DNA of 64,000 nucleotides from Octopus vulgaris (lineage: Eukaryota). The position numbers were made by a program, and so were the translations under genes. Positions within the stretch are counted from its first letter, which is position 1. Every line of letters begins with the position of its first letter. Below the pieces are notes generated by a model. The model was not told the DNA's origin, did no database searches, and saw only the letters and a list, made by a program, of their open reading frames with translations. This document shows, piece by piece, positions 25,856-43,298 of this stretch. The stretch is from positions 85,250,001-85,314,000 of the forward strand of contig OX597822.1 of assembly GCA_951406725.2 (NCBI GenBank), written 5' to 3'.

Positions 25856-26307
25856 GGATCTTTTCGGTCAGAACAGCAGTTTTTTTTTCTAGCGGTGTCA
25901 TATGAAATTATCACCCATAATTATGACCCTAGTATCGATCTATTGCATTTCAATCTATTTTAGATTTAGGGTTAGTTAGGGTTAGGGTTAGGGTTAGGGT
26001 TAGGGTTAGAGGTGGGGGGAAAGGTATCTTTTTTCCTTCACAAATGTAAATAAACTCAATCTATTTCTTAAACGAGGGACATATTCCTACGGCACAGAAT
26101 GTTTTCACCTCAATAGACGTCATTGATTGGTTGAAATTGCAGAAGTTGAAGAAAAAACAACAAATATCTTACAAACTATAGAATTTTCTCAATAAAACCA
26201 AGAGAAAAAGATGTTTTATAAACACATTCTACCAGTATACGAAGTTTAAAAGTGTTTTAGTTACGTGGAAATTATTTTAAAAACTGCCGTTCAAACCGAA
26301 AAGATCC
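25856..26307. mobile_element. GGATC-family non-autonomous DNA transposon with (TTAGGG)n
   Basis: TIRs GGATCTTTTCGG../..CCGAAAAGATCC; perfect 8-bp TSD CGGTTCTA; TTAGGG array at about 25966-26009. Confidence 0.9.
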
Positions 26308-26820
26308 CGGTTCTATTTACAAATGCATAAAGCTTAGCTATTCTATCATTTTTTAATTTTAACATACAATACTCATAGGCTGGGAAAATAAGCAACTCTT
26401 AGAGGTACTTGGGAGTGTCCACCATGTGTGCAAAGATGTCAATGCCAATCAGTCCATGGTACTCCCCCCCCCCAGCATAGAGCCATGTCAGTTTTAGCGA
26501 TTTGTTTATTTGTGATGGTCGTTATATTCATTGTTGATTGTATTGCATTGTTGTGTAAAAGAAGAAAGTCTGAAAATGGCACAGAAGCAGCATGTCGATA
26601 AGTTCAAGCCTGACTAAAGTAGACTTAGAAAATAATGTTAAACCACTTCTTTAACAAATTCTTATTTGTCGCTAGTTTGGAAATATTTTTGGAAAATCTT
26701 GTCTTTTTATGATTATATCGCGGGACTGTAAAATTTGGACTTCGTTGGAATCGATAAAATATGTAACATGTTTGGATTCGATGAACAGACAGACACAGTG
26801 ATATAGATAGATGGATAAAC

Positions 26821-26875
<55 letters not shown>

Positions 26876-26887
26876 GGCAGACAGACA

Positions 26888-26950
<63 letters not shown>

Positions 26951-27016
26951 AAGACAGACAGAAAAGCAGACAGGCAGATAGATAGATATATAGATAAACA
27001 GATAGATAGATAGATT

Positions 27017-27114
<98 letters not shown>

Positions 27115-27157
27115 GGCAGAAAAGCAGACAGGCAGATAGATAGATATACAGATAAAC

Positions 27158-27246
<89 letters not shown>

Positions 27247-27761
27247 TGAGTAAGAAGCAGGAGATATAACAAGGAAATAGCGTAAGAGAAAGAGAGGAAG
27301 GCAGGGTTTGTGAGAAAGATATGGGAAATGAGAAGAGAGAGAACGTGGAAGAAAGAAAGAAAGAAAGATTGAAATGTAACTGATTTTTTTTATTTAGCAT
27401 AAAGGTAGAGAGAAAGAAGAGAGGACAGAGAAAGAGATTGGAATATAAAGAGACACAACGACGAATACGGAAAGTCGTAGACTGTGAAAAGTTAGATGAA
27501 CGAGATAAACTGAGAATGATTGAAGGGGAGGAAAATGTAAAGAGAAAGTAATAGAGAGAAATAGAGAAATGGGGGCGGGGATGATTTAGTTCAAAGTCAG
27601 CTAAAACCAATATTTGAATGAACACAAAAGGCGTCTATTATGTCTTTTGATGGTATTATACCCTATAAAGTGTAAAACAAAACGGAAGTGAGTACAGGTA
27701 AAAGGTTCGATGAACTCTGAACCGCTACACGAACGCAAAAGCATTAACAATAGTTAAAACT

Positions 27762-27975
27762 GGTTTCAAATGTTGGCACAAGGCCAGCAATTTTGGGGAG
27801 GAGCTATGTTGATTACATCAACTCCAGTGCTCAGCTGGTACTTTATTTTAACTAGTTCGAAAAGATGAAAGGCAAAAAATCACCCTCGGCGGCATTTGAA
27901 CTCAGAACGTAAAGTCCAAAGAAATGCCGCTAAGCATTTTGTTCAGTGAGGTAACGATTCTGCCAGCTCGCCACC
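27762..27975 (-). mobile_element. SINE family B, older copy with an alternative tail
   Basis: Reverse complement of the family B head and body; tail CCCCAAAATTGCTGGCCTTGTGCC. Similar copies at 34575-34788 and 40645-40828. Confidence 0.8.
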
Positions 27976-29052
27976 TTTTGATGATCCAGTTCTAGAACAG
28001 GTTACTGAATCAGTCTGCATAAAGTAGAATGAACCAAGAACCTACCTTTAAAGCCTGCCTGAATATATCATTTTTATACACTTTTATTTTAACCATATTA
28101 TATATACCGAAAACTATCAGGTTTATTATCACCTATGTACAATGTTAAGCGCTACATCGAATCGTTAACAATATCTGGACGCATAAGAATATATGTCGTA
28201 AATAAATATTCTAAACCGATATTCTAAACATGAATTATGACATCTACTTCCACAAAAACCCTGATTGCAATTTTCAAAAGAGAAATAATTGAGTTAATCT
28301 GTAAAGAACAACAGACTAATCGCTCAAAAAATAAATAAATTGTGAAACCGTTTGTTTTGTTGCTGAGACCACGGTCTGATCTCGCTGGCCCCACTGCGAT
28401 GGCAATTTTCTACATCTGAGTAATATTTTACAATATCGTTGATAGCAGACGGATGAGGCCGGTACTGAAGAAGGATAACAACGTATAGAGTCTGAAGTCG
28501 TTTACTTCAGAATCTCAGCGACGTTTCGGTCACTCGCAAAACAGAAGTCTTAACCTGAGTGAAACAAGACATATTTAAACAGACAGACAGACAGACGGAC
28601 AGAGACAATAGAAAACAAGTAAAAGCGTGGCTGAGAAACCAACAATTGCGAGAGAGAGAAAGTCAGATAGTCTGGACTTACAGGAAAAACAAGAAAATTG
28701 CAGCAAAGCTGCGTGGTAGTGGTGTCAGACATGGCATGCAGACCATCATATAACTTGTTTAAAATTGTGTTTTTATTCTTTTCTTCCGTTTTACGAATTC
28801 AGTGTGCACATGTGCGTTTCCTACTCAAAACTGTTTACATATCACAACCATCTTACGAAACAGCGTTCGTGAGGAGCGCTTCACGTTCTGATGGTTGTGA
28901 AAAAAGTTGAGAGAGAGAGAGAGTTTGCTTATGTAAATGATAGAAAGAAGAGAGACAATCAAAGTAGATAAGAGAGATCGAAGAGAACATATTGGGAAAA
29001 AAGAGGAGGTTACGGTTGCTAGAAATAGTCTTAGTGAAAACGACAAAGAAAT

Positions 29053-29102
<50 letters not shown>

Positions 29103-29842
29103 AAAACTACAGAAGCGTCTGATTACAAAATCAGAAAAATAAAACAAAATGGATTTATCATGAAATATACCAGGACTTTTGAGTCTGTAGGTGAGTAATC
29201 TTTAATAAATAATAATTTGTCATATTCCATTGTAATCATTACTGCCCCTTAATCAACGAAACATGTACAGAATACGCACACCACCCGTTTTCGGCGTAAC
29301 CCTAACCCCTAACCTTAACCCTACACACCGGGTGTGCGTATTCTTTACCGTCGCCCATTTTTGCTTCAGTTTGCCATAGCATTATATTGTACGGAAGAAA
29401 AAAGGTATATGTAAAAAGAACAGCTACACTGTAACGAAATCTTTTTTCAAAATATTATGGCAGGTCACTGAATCAGTCTGCATACAGGAGCTAACACTAA
29501 CCTAATATAAATCTCATTTTATGTTACTATACATGTATTTTAAACATATTGAATATGCTTAAAACAAATAGCTGCATTTTAACTTTCGTAAATATTAAAT
29601 GTTTTATTGTATCATTGAACGGAAATTAATATTGCATATACGCATAGATGCGCGACAATTAGTAACCAGAAACGTTTATGACATTCGAAGCTTTTTAGAT
29701 ATTCCAAATTTAGGGATGAAGATAATCAAAGATTAAAAATGACAACGAACATATCTTTTCTATAACAACTTGCCAACAATTTCTATGTAATAACTGCTTT
29801 GCCACGAACAGTACAAATGCAGGCTTATTCTACATATATTAT

Positions 29843-31119
29843 GGATCTTTTCACTTTCGTAGCCTGAGCGCAGATTTTTCTAGTTAAGTAAATAATGTGA
29901 AACTTCGTATATTGGTAGAGTATCTCAAAAGAAAACACTAATTCCAACTTGTTTATTTGAGAAAAATCTATTTTATGACTTTAAACGTAGATTAAATCTG
30001 CGAATTTTAACCAATCATATTGTCTGGTTTCATTTGAAATAATTTACTGCATTATCTTAGTGTGACGTAGAAAGCTATTTTGTGACGTAGACAACTGTGC
30101 GTAGGTCTGTGTTTTGTGTGCGTGTGTGTGTGTTTGATGGGGTGTGGGAGACAGAAAGTATGTTGTGTAAGTGAAGTTCTTCTGTTAGTGTGTGTGAAGA
30201 GACAGAGAGAGTAATGTGTGAAAGAGAGAGATAACTGAAATTTTTTACTCGGTGTATGTGTATATGTATGTATGTATGTATGTATGCATGTATGTGTGTG
30301 TGTGTATGTATCTATGTATGTGTGTATCATGTGTATGTATGTGTGTGTATGTATGTGTGTGTGTATGTATGTATGGCCGATTCAGTGTTTACATTATTTC
30401 GAGTTAAAACGAAAGATTACCAAAAAAAATTTTGTCCATATCTTCGATCACTGTCAATATTCCATTGAGTCAACCTCATTATTTTCTACATAGCAAAGGT
30501 AATCTTTCGTTTTAACTCGAAATAATGTAAACACTGAATTGGCCATACATACATACACACACATACATACACATACATACACACACACACACATACAAGC
30601 ATACATACATATACACATACACCGAGTAAAAAATTTCAGTTATCACGGAAAGGTCTACTACAAACAAAAGATTGCCAAAGATAAAAAGTTACAGAAATAA
30701 AAGTTACACGAATAAAGTAAGGAATAAAAATCACAAAAAATATACGAAAATTTACAAAAACTAAGTTAGTTATATAATATATAAGTTTAATATATAAGTT
30801 AGTTATATAATATATAAGTTAGTTAATAATATATTAAAAAATTCAGTTGTGTTTACATTTCACATGTATGTTTAGTACGTCACCAAATTGGCGGTTACGT
30901 CTATTGAGACGGAGTAAATAATATCAAGCCGAAAGACCGAATACTATTGGTTAAAATTCTAATTATTAAACAATGTTAAACTTAGAAATTACAATTCCGT
31001 TTTCATTCTGGTTTACAATTAAGTTTTCTTTTGACACATTCTACCAGTATACGAAGTTTCAAATTGTTTGGTTAAGTAGGAAAAATTTGATAAATCAGGC
31101 TACGAAAGTGAAAAGATCC
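29843..31119. mobile_element. Long GGATC-family element with a nested palindrome
   Basis: TIRs GGATCTTTTCACTTTCGTAGCCTGA / TCAGGCTACGAAAGTGAAAAGATCC; perfect 8-bp TSD TATATTAT; subterminal regions shared with the 22787 element. Confidence 0.88.
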
Positions 31120-32159
31120 TATATTATAGTATATTTTTTGCTTGAACCTTTCAAAGAATCTTTATATACTCAGAAGAGAAAATAGTGAATATTTTATCCC
31201 GGCGAATGATGATTTTCTTTTGCTAGTCAACATCAAGGACGATGCTGTAATGGTCCCAATTAAGGTATTATTAAATTCATTAAAAATCTTACATTTACAG
31301 ACATTATTTGATTCCCTGTTGTGGAAATGTCTATACTGTGCATAAATGTATATGAGAATAATTAAAAAAATGTAAAAATCTAATGAGTGTTTTGTTTCAT
31401 TAAATGCTTTTTATGCTTTAATATTTTTAATATTTTTCTTGAAGATTTATCTGGTTTTCAGTCAAGTAAAATATTGTTTGTTCCGTGCGTAAGACAATGG
31501 GATGTGTACAAATAAGCGATAGACAAACCGTGAAAGTTGCAAGGAGAGAGAGGTAGATATATGTGCGTATATATGTAAATATGTATGGATGTGTGTATTA
31601 GAGAGAGAGAGAGAGAGAGAATGCATGGGAATGAGAGAAGGTGAGAGAGAAAAGCTATAGGTCGACGCTAAGTCTAGCTTTACAAGAATTTAATTTTATT
31701 TCAGCCACAAGGGCCAAACACAAAGAGGACAGTACAAAAATGAATTCGAAGTCATGGTATCGGATGATATTACATAAAAATGCAGTTAAAAATTTACGAA
31801 AAATATAAATCGAATTCAACTGACATAAATGCGGCTTGCAACGTCCGACGCCGGATCAGCGCGAATGGAATTTTCGCCGTTACATTCAATGATATGATTT
31901 TGCCTTCGAATTAATAATGAAAATAGATTTAAGGGTGAAAGAGTGACTTCTCTAAAGTTATTTTGAAACACCCGATTTTATATATCATCAGTAATTTTTA
32001 ATCCTCTCATTCGATCCTCCGACTCCTTTCTCTGTCCTCTCTTTGTCTCTACCTTGATGGTAAATAAAAAAAATCGGTTATTTTGAAATATTTATTTATC
32101 ACATTTGCTCCCAAACAACTATCAATCTCCAAGCTTAGTCTTTATATGCCGCGTGAACA

Positions 32160-32197
<38 letters not shown>

Positions 32198-32860
32198 TCT
32201 CTCTCCCTCTCTCTCTCCCTCTCTCTCTCTATCTCCCTCTCTGGTGGACTGGTTTACTGGGTATTGAAATAGTAATCTTACCTTTGTTAATAAAAGAGAA
32301 TTCCTTTTCCATACCTATATGGAATATTTCTATGTTTCGTTATCAAACACAAAATTAATTAAAACTGATAACGTGCGAAGACTCTTCAGCGTTAGGAAAA
32401 TATTTTCAATGAAAATGCTCTCCCTGTCAATGGTAGATTGATGGAGACAACGAAGTCAAACAGAAAAGAATGTCACGATTTAAAAGGAAGAGACAAATAC
32501 TGTGAGAAAAAAAAACAACAAAAAACAACAACATCCATACGAAGAAGGTGCGTGTGACATATGTTTATGATACACAATAATGATTATAATCGTATTAATA
32601 TTGACAATTAACAGTAGATAATGAAATCTGTTGAACGGAAGGAAGTTAGTCAACCGTATATTTAGTCATTTGCAATCCAATTAAGAAAGTAATCAAAAGT
32701 GTTTCAACAAATGTATTTATATACTTGTTATATATAAATAGACAAATTATTGAACTAAATAAGCAGAGTGCTCAATAATTAAAACAAATATACAAGAAAA
32801 GTCTAGAAGAAATATAAACAAATATATATAAAATTAAAAGATGAATATGCAAGTAAATAC

Positions 32861-32918
<58 letters not shown>

Positions 32919-33087
32919 ATGATATAATATAGAGGCAATTATGCGGATAAACAAATCAGATATATTAAATATGATACAATAGTTTGGACATGAAACACAA
33001 AATATGTATTATGTGGATACATGGAAACCGAGAGAAAGAAGATGGAGACTTTGAGATAATGAATATTTGTACAATTTTTTTTTTGTG

Positions 33088-33192
<105 letters not shown>

Positions 33193-33199
33193 CTATGTA

Positions 33200-34389
33200 T
33201 ATCAGGCAGAGTAAAATGTAAGCAACGTTTTGAGACATGAAATTCATCCCAATATATTTCAACGAGTTACAAGTTTGTTTATTCCGGTAACATAAAAATC
33301 TGGAGTTCTGGAGCTGATGAACTCTTTGAATGCACTTTCAGCATCGGTTTGATTTTTTAACTCTTCTCGGAGGAAACTACCAAGGTGCTTGAAAAGTAGT
33401 AGTCAGTAGGAGAAAGGTCTGGAGAATAAGCTAGATGGAGAAGAACTTCATTGCCAAGTTCCCTCAACTTCTGGAGTGTCATTAGTGAAATGTGTGATCG
33501 AACATAGTCATGAAGTATGATTGGCTCTCTTCTGTTGACCAGTCTGGGACGGAGGAGTAGCCGTTTTTTGTTCATTTTGACAATTTCATGGTAATATGTT
33601 TCTGCAATAATAGTTTTCCGTGTTTTAAGAATGAGTCCAGAATTATACCACCAAACAGCCACCATAAGCTTCTTTTTGAAGGTTTTCGGTGCTTCATTTT
33701 GGTCCAACCACTACGAAGAATGTTTATATAATATACTACAGAATCCACTTTCCATCGCATATTACAATACGAGAAATGGATCGGTCTAGTTACGGAGAAG
33801 AAGTGACGAACAAATTTCATATCTGTGCAGCATTTTCTGATTTTCATTCAAATCGTGTGGTCATTTGTCGAGCTTTTTTAATTTTCTGATCGCATGCAAA
33901 TGGTTGCAGGCAGTTTTCTGGCTAACTTGAAGTTCTTTTGCTAGTCTCGAGTGGTTTTACGTGGTCCTTTCTCGATGACGGTCTTTAATTGACCGTCATC
34001 GACGACAAATTGGCGTCCACTACGCTCACGATCATCAAGGTTCAGGTCTCCACTGCGAAATCATTCAAACCATTCTCGAGTTGACCACTCACTGGTCATT
34101 TCCCCACCAAACATTTTGTTGATACCACTAGCAGTTTCAGCTGCTTTACATTCCTTTTTGAAGTTGAATAGCAAAATTTCTCGAATACCGCGCTTTGACA
34201 GTTCCATTTCATATTATTGTAACAACGGTCAAAAAAATATCAATTTTAATTTATTGATGCATTTGGGCAGGTTTTATGTCTGTTTTATCAGACAATTGCA
34301 AAAAAATGTTTAAAAAATTCGTAACTCTGCAAAACTCCGGTACAGATTCTTCACGGTTCAAAACGTTGCATATAAGTTTAGACATATTA
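33200..34389 (-). mobile_element. Decayed near-full-length mariner (Hsmar1/cecropia-like)
   Basis: ATG at 34207 (MELSKRGIREILLFNF..); MVAVWW, PIILHD and YSPDLSPTDYY motifs; degenerate TIRs sharing CAACGTTTTGA; stops and frameshifts. Confidence 0.9.
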
Positions 34390-34808
34390 TACAAATATGA
34401 GTAATAAGGTGATTTCTACATCTGTATTTATGTTTCATATGGAAACAACCCGTTGGTTGACTAGTTTAGGAGCACACCGGGAAATTTTCGTTGCGACATT
34501 TCGTTTGTCTCATATATTCTAAGTTCCAAACCTTCTTGGCTTGAGCTTATCGTTCGTCGCTTTAGAGGTTTCAGAGTTTTGCACAAGACCAGCAATTTCG
34601 GTAGATGTGGTAAATCCATTATAGTGACTTCCCACCTTCCCTCGTATTCAACTGGTACTTATTTTATCGACTCCAGAAGGATAAAAGGCTAAGTATATCT
34701 CGGCGGAATTTGAACTCAGAACAAACATGGACGAAATGTTGCAAAGCATTTTGCTCGGGATGTTAATGATTCTGCCAGCTGGCCGCCTTAGTAATCATCA
34801 TCATCATT

Positions 34809-34868
<60 letters not shown>

Positions 34869-34872
34869 GTCA

Positions 34873-34908
<36 letters not shown>

Positions 34909-36039
34909 TCGCCATCATCTCACACACAAACACATGCATACACACACAGTACACACACGTACAGACGTACTTACCCCGAGGCTATTATAGAAGATGCTTA
35001 CCCAAGACCCACATAGGGAGATTAAAACGGAAAGCCCGTGGTTGCGAAATGATCTTCTTTATCACAGAATCGTGTCCACGTCTCTGGAATAAATGAGTAA
35101 AATTAATGGTTTAACCAATTAATTCTAAAGATAGAGATAAAAATATCGAAATGAACAAGAACAATGGAGAATTGAAAAAATAATGAAAGAAATTATTTTT
35201 AGCAAGTTTATGCTGGAATGAATCGTATTAATATTGTTGTTTTCCTGGATTTGTGGATTGGAAGAAGCAGTTCTGGACTCAATACCGTACAGTTATTGTA
35301 TCTCGTAAGTGGTCAGGTGGTGAATGACGTTTACAGAAATAGGCCTCGTAATGAATTGAAATTTGTCTTTTGATTAGAAAAGAAGAAAAAAAAATTATTG
35401 CAACTGTTAGCAAGTCTCAAAGAATAAAAGAGAATTTCAAGAAATAAGAAATTCGAACAAAAAAAAACAGAAAAAAATGGGATTTTCATGTTTGCAGTGA
35501 AAATCTGGTCTTTATTGGTCAGTAAGGTAACGGCGATAGTCATGTTTTGACCTTCGTTGGTATCATAAGTACAGGTGTGCTATCATCATAAGTTGTTGCT
35601 CTGATCTGAGGAAAGGGATTTCTAGAATTAGAAAAGACGACGAATTTGTAGTTAAGAGAGACAACTCAAGTTGCCCAATGGGCGGAGGGAAAGGACATGG
35701 ACCGCACCTCCTTTCGGTTATTTTTTGTTTGTTTTCTACAGAAACCCACCTTTTCGACTGCGGAGATTCCGAATCTGCAAAAAAAAAATCGGCATTAAAA
35801 ATTGTACCCCCCCCCCTCATGCTCCTCCCAATTTTTCACTTTTTTAGAAGTACTACTACTGCTGCTGCTGATGCTCTTTTCTTTATTGTTGCTTCGGCCA
35901 ATATTGTTATATTATCGCAATGGCTCTTATGATTATCGCTGCTGTCTTCTTCTTCTTCTTCCAATCAGGACTCATGCCATTAGCCACAAAGAATAATCTC
36001 TAATTCGAGCATACTCTAAGCTACTAAGAATGCGTGTGG

Positions 36040-36438
36040 AAACTTAAAGGTCCACCCACCACAAGCGATAGACTGGCGGTTGAACGGGCGCGAAAGCTAC
36101 GTTGTTATCCTCATTTCGTAAACGGTGGCTTTTAACGGGTGGAGAGCTGAACCATCCAGGGGTATAGAGGATTCGCAATTTAGACTAGTGTCTGAAAGTT
36201 TACCACACCTTAGTGGGTTACACCATGGTTCCTCTGCTTCGTGGCAGAAGTAGGAAGAACGGGTGAGAGAAAGTTGGGGTGAAAGAGTACAACGGAGTTT
36301 AACCACCCCGCCCCTCCAGTGCCTCGTGGAGCTTAGGTGTTTTTGCTCAATAAACACTCACGATGCCAGTTCTGGGAATCGAAACCGCGTTCTTTCGACC
36401 GCGAGTGCGCTGCCTAACCACTGGGTCATTGCGCCTCC
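36040..36438 (-). mobile_element. tRNA-derived SINE family C
   Basis: Minus strand GGAGGCGCAATGACCCAGTGG (A box) and GTTTCGATTCC (B box), then TTGAGCAAAAACACCTAA; 3' boundary approximate. Confidence 0.7.
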
Positions 36439-36687
36439 ATTGCTGGTGTCGTTGCAGTTACTCTGTTTTATATTGCTTTTGATATTGTTGTTGTTGCTGC
36501 TGCTGCTGCTGTTGAATTATTGTTCTTGTGTTCATTGTTGCTGTTGTTAATGTTGTCCTTTATACATTATTGTTGCGGTTATTTTTGTTATTGTTGTCGT
36601 TTCCGTTATTGCTTGCGTTTAGGGTCGTTTTTTTTCCAGTCATCATTGTTTAAAAAAGAAATCGCCATCGTCACCGTAGTCGTTGTC

Positions 36688-36720
<33 letters not shown>

Positions 36721-37210
36721 GTCATCATCATCAACATCAATATCATCATCACCACCACCACCACCAACGTCGCCGTTGTTGTTGTTGTTATTATTATTAT
36801 TATTATTATTACTATTATTATTATTCCTCTCATCCATCGCCATTGTGGTGAAAATAAAGAAATGATTGTCGTCGCCGTCGTTGTCGTTGTTATAATAACA
36901 ATTATCGTCATTGTTGTTATTGTTGTTACCGTTGTTGTTCTCGTTGTGAATTGAACCTGGAGAAGTGGATGCTGCTCAGATAATTCCGTTTCAAGATGAG
37001 GATGCAGTGTGTGTTTAAGTTCTTTGTGTTGCCCCACTTGTTCCATGTTGTTTTGTCTGCGGTTTGGCACTCATAAACCGCCGAAACTAATTTTCGGTTT
37101 GACAGCGACGGCCAGGTGCCGAGAACAAATTAGATAAAAACAATGACTGCTCAGAATCAAACGATGACGATCACAACAGCAGCAACAGCAATAACTGAGA
37201 CGACAAAGAC

Positions 37211-39998
<2,788 letters not shown>

Positions 39999-40017
39999 AA
40001 TAATAATAATAATAATA

Positions 40018-40099
<82 letters not shown>

Positions 40100-40100
<1 letters not shown>

Positions 40101-40592
40101 AATGAAAGTGTTATCATGTACATTGTTTTGCCTTGGTATAAAAGATGTTCTACAGCAAATATTCTGTTCAATACCACAAATTGTCAGTTTGCTTGACCTC
40201 AACCAGTTGAGCATGTCACTTAGTGGCTAACGACATGTGCTTTTCTGATCACGAGCAGAAGTAGTGGGAGAGCATGAGAGCCATGTGTTGAGAGGAATTC
40301 TTTGGGGTTTGGATAATTCATCTCTGGAAGCATGGGTGTTTCGTTCAACATCATTAAACGAGCCTTATTTAGGGACCTTTTGAGTGGGATGGGCTTCTCG
40401 ATCTGAAGAGAATTCTAACTGGGCCCCACCTGTTCTGTTTATCTTGATATGAAATCCCCATGTTGTGCACATTTGGTCGTGATGCATATACCTGGCGTAC
40501 CCTTATCAGACGAGTAGTCATGATAGGTATACTGTGCTTCGTATAATTGTACCCCAGTGTTATTTTGATGGCATGCACTGCTCTCTCTCACT
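40100..40592. repeat. Non-coding insert between trinucleotide arrays (possible non-autonomous Dong partner)
   Basis: Bounded by (GAT)n and (AAC/AAT)n; its end GCATGCACTGCTCTCTC recurs at about 40828-40848, again before (AAT)n. Confidence 0.45.
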
Positions 40593-40906
40593 CGACAACA
40601 ACAATAATAATTATAAAAATAATAATTAAAATAATAACGATAATCCTTTCTGTTATTGGCTCTTGGCCTGAAATTTTTTTTTGGGGGGGGGGCTTGTCAA
40701 TTACATCAATGCTTGACTGATACTATTTCATCGACCCCGGCGGTATTTGAAATCAGAAAGTAAAGATACACGAAATACCACAAAGCATTTTGTTCGGCAT
40801 GGTAACAATTCTATCAACTCTCAGCCGGCGTGCACTGCTCTCTCATTCAATAATAATAATAATAATAATAATAATAATTATAATAATAATAATAATAATA
40901 ATAATA

Positions 40907-42000
40907 GTTCAGAAATAGTAAGGAAAAATTAACCATTTGCTCTACATGGATGACCTGAAGCTTTTCAGTAAGAATGAAAAGGAGATAGATTCCTTTATAC
41001 AGACAGTAAGATTCTTCAGCAAAGATATAGGCATGGAATTTGGCATAGATAAGAGTGCAACATTAGTCATGAGAAGGGGACAGGTAGGCAACAGCGAAGG
41101 CATCCAATTACCAGATGGCCTGACATTAAAATCATTGAAAGGAGTAGAGAGTCATAAGTTTCTATGAATATTAGAATCTGACAAGAGTACTAATTATAGA
41201 AATGAAAACGAAAATTGAGAAGGAGTACATCAGAAGGGTGAGGAAGCTAATGAAATCAAATCTAAAGGGTCCGAATCTAGTGACGGCTGTGAATACTTGG
41301 GCAATATCATTACTTAGATACTCAGCAGCTCTTGTAAATTGGACAAAAACTGAATTAGCAAAGCTAAGCAGAAGAATTAGGAAGGAATGCAATATGAATG
41401 AAAGACTCCACCTAAGGGTAAGAGGAGCAAGATTATACTTACCACGAAAGGAAGGCGAAAGAGGGTTAATATCAGTAGAAGACTGTGTGGAGTTAGTTAA
41501 AGTAGATATAGACTCCTATGTAGGTGATAGCGAAGAAAGTTTATTAAAAGCTGCTAGTGTCACAGCAAAACGTAGGAAAACTAAAAACCCAAACGAAGTT
41601 AAAAACCAGGAAAAAGAGTAGAAATTATCTGACTGGTAGGAGAAGGCGTTGCCTGGTAGATTTCCAAAGATAGTTGCAACAAGTAGTAGTAGTGATACAT
41701 GGTTATGGTTGTAGAAAGGAAAGATGAAAAGGGAGACAGAGTTTGTTAGTAGCAGCATAAGATCAAGTATTAAGGACTAATTGAATAAAAGCCAAGAAAT
41801 ACAAAAACCAAGTAGATTCCCAATGTAGGTTATGCAAATCAAAATAGGGAAGCGTTACTCATATAGTAAGTGAATGTAGCATGCTGGCACAGAATGACAA
41901 CCTAGGGAGAATAATCCACTGGGAGTTATGTAGACAACTAGGATTTGAACATACTGATAAATGGTATGAACATGAACCTAGTAAAGTTTTAAAAGTAAGA
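40907..42000 (+). mobile_element. Older, decayed Dong/R4-like LINE fragment
   Basis: [42 protein letters not shown]; many stops; starts directly after (AAT)n. Confidence 0.88.
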
Positions 42001-42948
42001 AATACAATATATGGCGTGTCCGTTATCTACAAAATGTGGCGTGACCGTTATCTACCCTCCGCAGCCGTCATTAGTATCACCCCATTCGGTTTTGAGATGA
42101 AGTTTGAGGCTCTACATAGAAAAGGATTTCCAGTGTGGTACCAAACCATTTTTTACAACCCGTTCTCTTAGAAGCCAATAACGTCTCACTCCCCTCCAAA
42201 AGTATGCATACCAAAATACACCAGAGATCTAGCCACGTAATATTGTTACCTTTAGTACCTTTCTTTTCAAACACACACACACACACACACTTTCTTTTAT
42301 ACATTTATATATACACGTCATATACACTGTGTCTATGTCCAGTCTTCAAACTAACTGTTATTCCCAGTCATTTCTCATAAGAAAACTATACCTCTGGAAC
42401 CCTCTTTCTGCTCAAATTGCAACCATTTAAAAGGAATATTAACTGCATTGATTTAACTGTCCTCAAAGGTCATAGACTCAGCACATTTTATATGGCTCAA
42501 TCGATAAAAAATATTGCTAGTGTCGACCACTAATCCCCCACAGAATGCAAGAGTAGATGCTCTACTGGTCACCGATACAGAACTATGAACTGCAGACACT
42601 TCAGGTGTCTGATTCCTAATCTTAGGCTACGCTTGATCCTGGGTGAGACAAACTACAGCAAAAGGTGCCCGAAAAAAGATGGCTACAACTATATTGAAAT
42701 CTATATATATAAAAAAAAACTCTGCGACCTACAAATATGTACAATATACATAAAATGTCGCAACAATACACAGCACAAATCCTAACACGACCACTCTACT
42801 GTTTCAACAATAGAAAATACAAAACAAAATGCTACAAGGAGCAAAGGGACAAGGAACTACTCTCGTGGGTGAAGTGAAAACATGCGAATGGTATTAAGAC
42901 TAGTGAGTGAAAGATGATGACGACAACGACGACGACGATTGTCATCAT

Positions 42949-43008
<60 letters not shown>

Positions 43009-43165
43009 CTATTGAATTGACCAGAGTATATTAATGGCGCTATTTCGTCGATTTCCGAAAAAGATGTCAGTCGAGTCTCTTCTATTCAAGGTCGTTCTAC
43101 TGCTGCTACTACAACAGCAGCAACAACAACAACTACTACCACTACTACCGCTGCTGCTGCTGCTG

Positions 43166-43208
<43 letters not shown>

Positions 43209-43240
43209 AGCAACAACTACTACCACTACTACCGCTACTG

Positions 43241-43298
<58 letters not shown>

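Noticed and set aside
25966-26009. (TTAGGG)n as a true telomere or chromosome fusion site
   Set aside because: The arrays are short and lie inside TIR/TSD-bounded elements.
28462-28506. Hammerhead-like GTA-CTGAAGA..GAAG..TAC; similar motif at 6555-6590
   Set aside because: GAAA is altered and the helices are weak, so chance cannot be excluded.
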